Source: Alphaproteobacteria bacterium | GTDB lineage: Bacteria > Pseudomonadota > Alphaproteobacteria > Rickettsiales > UBA8987 | Assembly: GCA_046302855.1 (NCBI GenBank) | Contig: JBKCHH010000062.1 | Location: 1-42,592 of the forward strand | Direction of reading: 5' to 3' | Length of the DNA: 42,592 nucleotides | Shown: positions 1 through 7,837 of the stretch, piece after piece | How the letters are laid out: each line of letters starts with the position of its first letter | Numbering within the stretch: position 1 is the first letter of the stretch | Translations under genes and position numbers: made by a program | Notes under the pieces: model-generated | The model's database searches: none | What the model was told of the DNA's origin: nothing | The model's input: the letters and a program-made list of their open reading frames with translations, nothing else

Positions 1-591
1 CGCAGCAGTAGCATTATCAAGATCAGAAGGTGTAGAATCAGATGTATCAGCGGCTAGTTTTTCTGTAACGGCATAAACTAGCTTATTGCCCCATTTATCC
101 ACAGCATATTTTTTATCAATGCCAAGTTCTTGCACGGGGATGGCACCAATTATAACAGACCTATTCCACCTTTGAGCATCAGTAGAGGCACCAGCATCAA
201 AAACACGAACGAATCCATTAGTTCCCAAGGTTTGGGCATTGTTATAATCAGCGCTTGGGCTACGATAGCAAACATTACCACCTGCAGGTGTGTCTATTGT
301 AAGCGGAGCCTCCTTACCAAAATCAGCATGACCAACCTCCAAATTAAGCCTTGCAGGGCAGGGGTATCTGCCATTACCAGCCTTATAACGCTCAAGAGCC
401 GTTCTTACCTTATCCATATGTTCTTCGCTCAAATTATCACCCTTTGATTGCAAAACCTTGCCCACAGATGAAATTCCAAGAGCCAAAACTATGCTCATTA
501 TGGTTAGCACCACAGTTAATTCTAGCAGGGTAAAGCCCCGAGAAAAACCTACTTTTATTTTATTTTTTAATTCTTTAGCGATTTTGAACAT
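1..591 (-). CDS. Prepilin-type N-terminal cleavage/methylation domain protein (type IV pilin or T2SS pseudopilin-like); runs off the left edge
   Basis: Not in the ORF track. Manual translation from ATG at 591 is open to position 1: MFKIAKELKNKIKVGFSRG|FTLLELTVVLTIMSIVLALG...GRYPCPA...GAIPVQELGI...DKWGNKLVYAV. Basic leader, G|F-x3-E5 cleavage motif and hydrophobic helix. Confidence 0.88.
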   Translation of the reverse strand, partial: MFKIAKELKNKIKVGFSRGFTLLELTVVLTIMSIVLALGISSVGKVLQSKGDNLSEEHMDKVRTALERYKAGNGRYPCPARLNLEVGHADFGKEAPLTIDTPAGGNVCYRSPSADYNNAQTLGTNGFVRVFDAGASTDAQRWNRSVIIGAIPVQELGIDKKYAVDKWGNKLVYAVTEKLAADTSDSTPSDLDNATAA

Positions 592-683
592 ATAATTATA
601 CCTTTATACTTATGCCTTGATAGCTTTACTATAGGCAATAAGTCAATAAAAAAACGCAAAGGTGTTTGTTAATTTATATAGAT

Positions 684-814
684 CGTCATGAGCCGAGCAG
701 AGCAAGGCTCTTGCAGAGGCGATCCAGTAATAAAATTCAAAAAATATGCCAAAATATTGTATTTATAAACTGGATTGCCACGCTTCGAGCAAAGCTCTCG
801 CTAGGCTCATGACG
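684..814. repeat. CGTC-ended palindromic repeat doublet (REP/RPE-like)
   Basis: Ends CGTCATGAGCC (684) and GGCTCATGACG (814) are exact inverted repeats; inner ATCCAG/CTGGAT pair; GAGC-nnn-GCTC hairpin in each arm; AT-rich spacer. Confidence 0.85.
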
Positions 815-897
815 GTGAGAGCTAGTTTTAGCCACCTCCCTAGTAATTTTTATCTATAGTTAGTAAACATCCTCTCCCCACCTTCAGGCAAAAAGAA

Positions 898-926
898 TTG
901 ATTAATTTGATTGTTTATTGTATAAT
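898..926 (+). promoter_or_regulatory. Putative sigma70 promoter of virB3-virB4
   Basis: TTGATT (898-903), 17-bp spacer, TATAAT (921-926), 20 bp upstream of the virB3 ATG. Confidence 0.6.
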
Positions 927-946
927 CCCTAAAATATAATAGAATT

Positions 947-1243
947 ATGGAAACAGGTAAAGTCCACACAGATCCGCTATTTTTGGGTATGACCCGCCCT
1001 CCTATGTTTATGGGCGTTACCTATATGTGGGGAATGTTAGAAATTGCCCTTTGTTGCGTCTATTTTATTAATACTTCAGATTTTAAAGTGTTCCTTCTTT
1101 TTGGTTTTTTACATGTGGTGGGGTTAATTATTGCTGCCAAAGATGGTAGATTAGTTGAAGTGTGGTTTATAGGAATGAAAACTAATTTTAAATGCACCAA
1201 TAAGTCTATCCACGGCAATATTTCATCTTATGATGTCTATTAG
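947..1243 (+). CDS. virB3: Type IV secretion system protein VirB3
   Basis: 98 aa, DPLFLGMTRPPMFMGV motif, two hydrophobic segments, ends 2 bp before virB4. Confidence 0.92.
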   Translation: METGKVHTDPLFLGMTRPPMFMGVTYMWGMLEIALCCVYFINTSDFKVFLLFGFLHVVGLIIAAKDGRLVEVWFIGMKTNFKCTNKSIHGNISSYDVY

Positions 1244-1245
1244 AA

Positions 1246-3702
1246 ATGTTAAAGCTATTTGCCAGAAAAACTAAAAATGACTTTTATACAAAAAGGGAAT
1301 ACAGGGTTTCTAACTTCATTCCTTATGAATCTCACTTTGATTCAACCTGTATAATAACCAAAAACAAAGATTTGATTTCTGTTTTTAAAGTTGGTGGTTT
1401 TATTTTTGAAACAGCCGATGATGAAGATTTAGACGCCAAAAAAGGCAATAGAAACAATTTTTTGCGTTCCATTGATTCTTCTAAATTTGGTTTTTGGTTC
1501 CACACAGTTCGTTCAAAAAAAATCGTTGATTTAGAAGGGGATTTTAAAGATGAATTTACGCAAACACTAAACAATGCTTGGCGGGATAGATACAAAAGAA
1601 ATAGAAGCTACATTAACGAACATTATGTTTCGGTAGTAATTACTAGCCCTAAAAAAGGCTTTGCTAATAAGCTACAAAATTTAATCTCTAGAGCTCAACG
1701 AAATTTAAGTAAGGAAGCAGAAAAGGCAGAGCTTTTTGAAAGAAGAAGAGAGCTAGCTGAAATGACCAACCGCTTTATGAGTTCCTTTGCCAGTTACAAT
1801 CCAAAGGTGCTTGGAATTAGGGAAACTGAAAATGGGCTTTACTCTGAAATAATAGAGTTCTTCTCGCTACTTATAAACTTTGGTTCTAAGCAAAAATATT
1901 TGGTGCCACAAAAAAGTATTTCTTCTTACCTTGCCTTTAACCGCCTTTATTTTAGCTCATTTGCAAAACTAATAGAATGTAGAACCTTTGATGGTGGCAG
2001 AAGGTTTGCCGGTATTTTAAACATAAAAAAATATGGCAATGTTACTTATCCGGGAATTTTTGATGTGTTTTTGCAAATGCCCTTTGAATATATTATTTCG
2101 CAAGTATATGTGGCGGCGGAAAGAAATGCGGTAATTAGCAAAATGTCCACTCAACAAAAAAGGCTAGCTTCCATTGGGGATAAGGCAATTACTCAAACAA
2201 TGGAACTAACGGCCGCTATGGATATGACGCAAGGTGGCGAAATTAACTTTGGCGACCACTTTTTTTCCCTGGTAATTTTTGATGAGGATATAAAAAGGTT
2301 AGAAGATAATCTAAACGCCTGCTACGGCGAAATGATTAATATGGGGCTTACGCCAACGCGGGAATCTATGTCTATGCAGGGTTCATTTTGGGCATTATTG
2401 CCAGATAATTTTGAATATATCTCTCGAAGAACCTTAATTAACACCCTAAATGTTGCCTCCTTTGTATCTTTTCATAACTACCCTGTGGGCAAGGCTAATG
2501 GAAACCACTGGGGGCCTGCTGTTACCCTACTTGAAACCACCTCTGGCACTCCCTACTTTTTTAACTTTCATGTAAGGGATATAGGTCACACCGTAATTAT
2601 TGGGCCAACGGGAACGGGTAAAACCTTGCTAATGAACTTTCTAGTGGCACAAGGGCAAAAATTTAAGGGTAGAACCTACTTTTTTGATAAGGATAGAGGT
2701 GCAGAAATATTCCTAAAATCAATTAATGCCTTCCACACCCTTATTCAACCCCGTGATCCTTGCGGATTTAACCCTTTACAATTAGCAGATACAAAAAGAA
2801 ACCGAGCCTTTTTAGTAGATTGGATTGTTTCTATGGCAATGGCGATAAATCCAGATAAGTCTTTATCCTCACAGGATTTTGAAAGGATAGATGAAGCCAT
2901 TGAAGGTAACTATAAGTTAGATGTAAGTGAAAGAAGGCTTAGAAACATCATCCCCTTTTTAGGTTTTGAAGTGCCAGATTCTTTACCAAACAGATTAAAA
3001 CTTTGGCATTCAGACGGCCCTTATGCTGGCCTGTTTGATAATGAAAAGGATGAGCTAGACTTAACTAAGCATAGCGTATATGGCTTTGATATGACCGATG
3101 TGCTATATGATAAGGTAAGCTTAGGTCCTGCCCTTTTGTATCTTTTCCATCGCATAAATATTTCGCTAGATGGCACCCCTACTATGATAGTGCTAGATGA
3201 GGCTTGGAGTATGATAGATAACGATATTTTTGCTCCAAAACTAAAAAACTGGTTAAAGGTTTTAAGAAAACTAAATGCAATGGTAATTTTTGCCACCCAA
3301 ACCGTTGAAGATTTAGGCAATAGTAAAATTAATGATACTTTAGTGCAGCAGACCTCTACCCAAATATTTTTGGCAAACAGCAGGGCTACCGAAATGTATC
3401 GCAAAAACTTTATGCTAACGCAAAGGGAATTTTTGCTTATAAAAACTATGGACCCCGCTTCCAGATATTTTCTATTAAAGCAGGATGAAGAAAAGGTGGT
3501 AGCAAGGGTGGATTTAACCGGCATGGACGATATAATTGCCGTGCTTTCGGCACGCGCTGATACTGCCCTTATTATGGATAAGGTTATAGAAGAGGTTGGT
3601 AAAGATCCACACATTTGGGTGCCAATTTTCCAAAAAAGGGTTGCCGAGCAGAGCAAAATAACCCGCAAACAAAGGGAAATTGAGGCAATGGTTTATTCTT
3701 GA
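1246..3702 (+). CDS. virB4: Type IV secretion system ATPase VirB4
   Basis: 818 aa; GHTVIIGPTGTGKT Walker A, FFDKDRG, IVLDEAW Walker B, LRKLN..FATQ motifs. Confidence 0.96.
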   Translation: MLKLFARKTKNDFYTKREYRVSNFIPYESHFDSTCIITKNKDLISVFKVGGFIFETADDEDLDAKKGNRNNFLRSIDSSKFGFWFHTVRSKKIVDLEGDFKDEFTQTLNNAWRDRYKRNRSYINEHYVSVVITSPKKGFANKLQNLISRAQRNLSKEAEKAELFERRRELAEMTNRFMSSFASYNPKVLGIRETENGLYSEIIEFFSLLINFGSKQKYLVPQKSISSYLAFNRLYFSSFAKLIECRTFDGGRRFAGILNIKKYGNVTYPGIFDVFLQMPFEYIISQVYVAAERNAVISKMSTQQKRLASIGDKAITQTMELTAAMDMTQGGEINFGDHFFSLVIFDEDIKRLEDNLNACYGEMINMGLTPTRESMSMQGSFWALLPDNFEYISRRTLINTLNVASFVSFHNYPVGKANGNHWGPAVTLLETTSGTPYFFNFHVRDIGHTVIIGPTGTGKTLLMNFLVAQGQKFKGRTYFFDKDRGAEIFLKSINAFHTLIQPRDPCGFNPLQLADTKRNRAFLVDWIVSMAMAINPDKSLSSQDFERIDEAIEGNYKLDVSERRLRNIIPFLGFEVPDSLPNRLKLWHSDGPYAGLFDNEKDELDLTKHSVYGFDMTDVLYDKVSLGPALLYLFHRINISLDGTPTMIVLDEAWSMIDNDIFAPKLKNWLKVLRKLNAMVIFATQTVEDLGNSKINDTLVQQTSTQIFLANSRATEMYRKNFMLTQREFLLIKTMDPASRYFLLKQDEEKVVARVDLTGMDDIIAVLSARADTALIMDKVIEEVGKDPHIWVPIFQKRVAEQSKITRKQREIEAMVYS

Positions 3703-3765
3703 AGCGGGGTGTGTAATTGTTAATAAGATTTAAGAGCCAATTTCCCTTTTTTTTAAGTTACTCTT

Positions 3766-3957
3766 AAAGACCTATACCTAATTCTACTTTCCCAGTCATT
3801 GCGAGCAAAATTTTTATTTTGCGAAGCAATCCACAAAATGATTTTTCTTGGAAAAACACCTGAAATCTAAGCCTTACCTTGTTTATGGATTGCTTTGCCA
3901 AAAATAAATTTTTGGCTCCTCGCAATGACGCATAAAATCAATTAGGCACAGGTCTTT
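3766..3957. repeat. Palindromic repeat doublet (3795-3929) enclosed by 18-bp outer inverted repeats; MITE-like
   Basis: Inner GTCATTGCGAG...GCAATCCA / TGGATTGC...CTCGCAATGAC. Outer AAAGACCTATACCTAATT (3766-3783) vs AATTAGGCACAGGTCTTT (3940-3957), 16/18 complementary. Confidence 0.82.
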
Positions 3958-3961
3958 CCCA

Positions 3962-4843
3962 TCAAAAATACCTATTCTTATCTAACCCATCAAACACTAG
4001 GTTGAATAAAAATACATCTTCATCAGGCGTGGAGGTTTGGGAGAAAATGGCGTAAAGGTTGCTCATAAATTCATAATCCCTTGCCTTGTTATAGTGAACC
4101 ATTTCGGTATTAGAGCATTTTCTGGCATAGCAGGGAAAATACATTTTGGTAAATATCTCACCAAACTTAGGGTGAATAACGCGAAAATTAATCACAGGAG
4201 TTTTATCGAACCTTCGGCTAGAGGGCATTATGGTTAAAAACACATACTCACCCACATTATTGGTGATACTTTTTCCAGTTTGATTAAAAAACTCATCTTT
4301 TTTGAGCGTTGGAGTTTGCAAACGAAAAAGCTGTTTTTTCCTCTCCTCAATCTTATCTGGCTTAATGGATAAACCAACCTTGGGTTGTATTTCTTTTTGC
4401 TCTTCCTGCGTATTTTTTTGCTTGGCAGATTCATATTCTTTTCGCGTAATTTCTGCAATTTTTTTAATTAAACTTTCAGTTTCAGCATTTCTATCTTCAT
4501 CATCTTCATAATTGCCAGAACCAAAAGCATCTGCGTGCCAAATTTCTACAATCGCATCTGGAATTGGAATACAGCTTGCGTCCATTACTCTGCCGATAAT
4601 TTTAATTTTTCTGCCTGTGGCAAAATAGCCCTCACCAGATTTTCGGCGAAGGTTGTTGGAATTAACCACATCCCTCTCTAGGGGCATTTTTTGGTTTGGG
4701 GCAAAATTGCTGGTGGGCTGGCAAAACCGCACCCTTTCATAAAAATCTTCATCATATTCTTTTAATGGCGAAACATTAAATGATTTGCCGTTAACCTCTA
4801 AAGCTAAAAGGCAGATCAATAAAACTGGTATAATTCGCATCAT
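3962..4843 (-). CDS. Intradiol ring-cleavage dioxygenase-like (PcaH-like) protein with signal peptide; probably non-catalytic
   Basis: IIGRVMDASCIPIPDAIVEIWHADAFG and TNNVGEYVFLTIMP motifs of the fold. ATG at 4843 (MMRIIPVLLICLLALEVNG) preferred to the track's TTG at 4888. Confidence 0.75.
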   Translation of the reverse strand: MMRIIPVLLICLLALEVNGKSFNVSPLKEYDEDFYERVRFCQPTSNFAPNQKMPLERDVVNSNNLRRKSGEGYFATGRKIKIIGRVMDASCIPIPDAIVEIWHADAFGSGNYEDDEDRNAETESLIKKIAEITRKEYESAKQKNTQEEQKEIQPKVGLSIKPDKIEERKKQLFRLQTPTLKKDEFFNQTGKSITNNVGEYVFLTIMPSSRRFDKTPVINFRVIHPKFGEIFTKMYFPCYARKCSNTEMVHYNKARDYEFMSNLYAIFSQTSTPDEDVFLFNLVFDGLDKNRYF

Positions 4844-4928
4844 TATTAAAAATCTTGCTTGCATAATTTCATAATCAAAAATATACAAAAAGTAATCTAT
4901 AAAAATTTATATTTTTTGGAAGGTTATT

Positions 4929-5636
4929 ATGGCAGATAAAAAACCGGCGAAGGAAGAGAAAAAAGACGATAAAAAAGAAGCCCCAAAAGATACTGGTAAA
5001 GAAGTAAAAAAAGATGGCGCTGCTCAACCAACGGTTGCAGGGGCAGAAGGTGGTGAGGGAGAAGTAGCAAAGCCAAAATCAAAAAAGAAACTTTTAATTA
5101 TAGCAGCTGGCGCAATTTTAGTTTTAGGCCTAGTGGCAGCATTTTTGCTTCTAGGTGGAAAAAAGCACGCTGAGGAGGAAGAGGCTGGCGATTCTAAGGA
5201 TGGCAAAAAAGAAGAAAAAAAAGATGAGCATGGAAAAGATGCCAAAAAGGATGCCAAGAAAGATGCTAAGGGTGGTCATGGCGGTGGTAAAAAAGGCGAG
5301 GAGTCTTTATCTCTACCAAGTGATGTAAAAGAAATAGTTTATATGGATTTAAAAGAGTTTTTAGTAAACCTAGAAACTGGTTCAAACGAGGTTAGCTTTT
5401 TAAAAATGTCCATATCATTAGAATTGCCAGATGAAGAAACCAAAGCGGTTATAGAAAATAATCTACCTAGAATTAGGGATATAATCCAAGTTTACTTAAG
5501 GGAGCTTAAAGGCTCTGAGCTTAAAGGTTCAGCTGGCCTGCAAAGGCTTAGAGAAGAATTAATCTTTAGAATTAACAACACCATTAAGCCGCGTGTTATA
5601 AGGAATGTTTTATTCAAAGAAATATTGGTGCAGTAG
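4929..5636 (+). CDS. fliL: Flagellar basal body-associated protein FliL
   Basis: KKKLLII plus single TM, charged linker, C-terminal EFLVNL...FLKMSISLE...PRIRDII..YLREL...L.GSAGLQRLREEL..RIN...VLFKEILVQ. Confidence 0.92.
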   Translation: MADKKPAKEEKKDDKKEAPKDTGKEVKKDGAAQPTVAGAEGGEGEVAKPKSKKKLLIIAAGAILVLGLVAAFLLLGGKKHAEEEEAGDSKDGKKEEKKDEHGKDAKKDAKKDAKGGHGGGKKGEESLSLPSDVKEIVYMDLKEFLVNLETGSNEVSFLKMSISLELPDEETKAVIENNLPRIRDIIQVYLRELKGSELKGSAGLQRLREELIFRINNTIKPRVIRNVLFKEILVQ

Positions 5637-5640
5637 TAAT

Positions 5641-6713
5641 TGTAAGGGTTGGGTAATTCACTGCTGGAAATTGATTTTATCATATAACTATACTTTTATA
5701 AGGTTGCAAGCCGTTTAAAGCGCGGGTGCAGGCCTTATTTCGTTGTAATAAACGATGTATTTTAGAAGCTCTTCTTTGAAATGCTCGATTGATTCAAAGT
5801 AAGTTTCGTTAATTAAATCATCGTTTAAGGTACGCCAGAAGCGTTCTATTTTGCCATTAGTTTGCGGGCGATAAGGCTTGGTGTACCTATGTTTTATGCC
5901 CATTTCTAAAAGCATTTTTTCGAATGGATGCCCCTCTTTTTTTGCTGAGGTTTTTATACCAAACTCTGATCCGTTATCAGTAATGGCTTCTAAAAATTCA
6001 ATTTTGTAATTTCTTTTTATGTGATTAAAACAACGCATGGTAGCAAACATTACCGTTAAAGATTTGATGTCATCAACCACCTCCACCCAAGCTGTACGGC
6101 TTTGATCGTCAACCACACCAACCAAGAAATATCTTTTATTAGCATTGAAAATTAAATTTTTGTTTAGGTAGTGACAATCAATGTGAGCAAGCTCTCCCGC
6201 TTTTTCTCTGATGATTCTACGCTTCTCAACTTTCTGTTTTGGTTGTAATCTATTCATATTATTTCTTTGAAATATTGCGTAAATACATGAAACTGAAGGA
6301 GTTTTTTCACCAAGTTCACCGCTCAAAATATCATGAATTTCGTACTTGCTCAAGCCTCTTTTTCTTATTTCCACAACCCTGTTTTCTATAGAAATATCTA
6401 TTCTTCTGCTTAAATATTTCGGACCCCTTCTCTGTGGCACTAGGCTTTCAGTATCGCCACTTTGCTTGTAGCGATTATAGTACTTTGAAAAGTTTTGATG
6501 GCAAATCCCTCTATCCTCATAAAAATCTTTAACAAAACGGTACTTCTTATGCTCTCCCTTCTTTATAAGCTCATATTCAGTTATCCAACTGCTGTATCTA
6601 TTCACTTGGTCTCTTTTTAAGGTCTCCTCGAAGCTGATAGCTCTTTCCATATCTTCCTCCCAGAAGTTTGTTTTTTACTATCAATTTCAGCAGTGAATTA
6701 CTAGACCTTTACA
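5641..6713 (-). mobile_element. IS481-family insertion sequence, 1073 bp
   Basis: TGT...ACA ends. Imperfect TIRs 5641-5675 (TGTAAGGGTTGGGTAATTCACTGCTGGAAATTGAT) and 6680-6713 (reverse complement TGTAAAGGTCTAGTAATTCACTGCTGAAATTGAT). Flanks GTAAT / GCAAT. Confidence 0.9.
5715..6650 (-). CDS. IS481-family DDE transposase (C-terminus apparently frameshifted)
   Basis: GELAHID, VVDDQSR, TDNGSEF, PYRPQTNGKIERFWRTL, YYNEIRP motifs; lies inside the TIRs. Confidence 0.9.
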   Translation of the reverse strand: MERAISFEETLKRDQVNRYSSWITEYELIKKGEHKKYRFVKDFYEDRGICHQNFSKYYNRYKQSGDTESLVPQRRGPKYLSRRIDISIENRVVEIRKRGLSKYEIHDILSGELGEKTPSVSCIYAIFQRNNMNRLQPKQKVEKRRIIREKAGELAHIDCHYLNKNLIFNANKRYFLVGVVDDQSRTAWVEVVDDIKSLTVMFATMRCFNHIKRNYKIEFLEAITDNGSEFGIKTSAKKEGHPFEKMLLEMGIKHRYTKPYRPQTNGKIERFWRTLNDDLINETYFESIEHFKEELLKYIVYYNEIRPAPAL

Positions 6714-6753
6714 GCAATGACGGTTTTCTATGGATAATAAGGTATTGCTCAAC

Positions 6754-7257
6754 TCAAAAATACTTAGTAAATGGGGGAACAGCAACTTCGTAATTTATTT
6801 GCACTATATCGGCGCCTGGGTTTTTATCATCCAAACCAAAGTTAGAAAGGTTGTAGGCACCTATGGAAATTACATTATCGCTTTTTAGCTTATATTTTAA
6901 AGAACCACCACTTCTAAATATGGTTTTGCCACCTAAATCTTCGCCATCTTCAACCCTGTAATAGCCACCTGCAAAGGAAGGGGAGATATAAAAATCATAA
7001 GGCAGGGCAAAATCCATCTCGCCACCGCCATATACATAAGCGTCTAAATCTTTATTCACCGTAAAGCCAGCTATGGGGCGAAAGCTATAATATACGGGCT
7101 TTGCCTTATATTCGTAGTTGTAATAGATTTCATCTTTATTGCCATCTGCAATATAGTTCTGCACGCCAATTCCGTTTAAACCATAGGTTTTAGTAAGGGA
7201 AGGGTTTTGGCAGGCGGTTGCTATTAAAAGAAAAAGTAGGGATGCAATTTTAATCAT
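6754..7257 (-). CDS. PagL/acyloxyacyl hydrolase-like outer-membrane beta-barrel with lipobox
   Basis: PSFAGGYY..G.DLGG..FRSG...YNLSNFGLDDKNPG.D...INY resembles the PagL C-terminal H-x-S-N-A-G..N-P-G region; signal peptide ends LIATAC. Confidence 0.65.
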   Translation of the reverse strand: MIKIASLLFLLIATACQNPSLTKTYGLNGIGVQNYIADGNKDEIYYNYEYKAKPVYYSFRPIAGFTVNKDLDAYVYGGGEMDFALPYDFYISPSFAGGYYRVEDGEDLGGKTIFRSGGSLKYKLKSDNVISIGAYNLSNFGLDDKNPGADIVQINYEVAVPPFTKYF

Positions 7258-7793
7258 TTATAATCCCTCCCTAGCTCTACATAGTTATTTGCCGATCTTA
7301 AAATGAAGTCTTTTTCCCCATCATTTAAATTGCGGAAAAACTTAGCTGGGTTTCCCGCCCAGATTTCACCCTTTATGATTCTTTTTCCAGGGCTTACCAA
7401 TGTGTGGGCGGCAACCATTCCTCCGCTTTCTACCACTGCCTTATCTAAAATGGTGGAATGCATTCCTATAAAGCTAGCATCCTCTAAAATACAGCCGTGC
7501 AGAATTACGCTATGCCCTACGGTAACATTGCTCCCTACTATTGTGGGTGCCCCGTGAGCATCTAGCTTAGTGGTTAAATGACCCCGTGATACATGAATAA
7601 CGGTATTATCTTGAATGTTAGTATTCTTACCAATTCTTATATGGTTTACATCGCCCCTTATAACGCAGTTGAACCAAATGCTAGAATTTTCACCAATTTC
7701 AACATCACCAATTATAACCGCATTGGGGGCAATAAATACTGACGGATGAATTTTGGGGTGTTTTCCCTTATAAGGAATAATTAAACTTTTCAT
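7254..7793 (-). CDS. Gamma carbonic anhydrase family protein (YrdA-like)
   Basis: Hexapeptide repeats, IRGDVNHIRIG..TNIQDNTVIH, VGHSVILHGC His ligands, WAGNPAK. Confidence 0.92.
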   Translation of the reverse strand: MKSLIIPYKGKHPKIHPSVFIAPNAVIIGDVEIGENSSIWFNCVIRGDVNHIRIGKNTNIQDNTVIHVSRGHLTTKLDAHGAPTIVGSNVTVGHSVILHGCILEDASFIGMHSTILDKAVVESGGMVAAHTLVSPGKRIIKGEIWAGNPAKFFRNLNDGEKDFILRSANNYVELGRDYK

Positions 7794-7837
7794 ATTAAAT
7801 ATTGTTTGTTAGATAGCTTTTATAAATCAATAATATT

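Noticed and set aside
130-533. Plus-strand ORFs 130-447 and 351-533
   Set aside because: Antisense shadows of the minus-strand prepilin gene.
3021-3668. 215-aa antisense ORF in virB4 and the other short ORFs overlapping known genes
   Set aside because: Opposite-strand or alternate-frame shadows with no motifs.
5235-5270. 12-bp tandem repeats (KDAK x3) in fliL
   Set aside because: In-frame low-complexity linker, common in alphaproteobacterial FliL.
5492-5683. 63-aa minus-strand ORF
   Set aside because: Out-of-frame transposase tail reading through the TIR into antisense fliL; not an independent gene.
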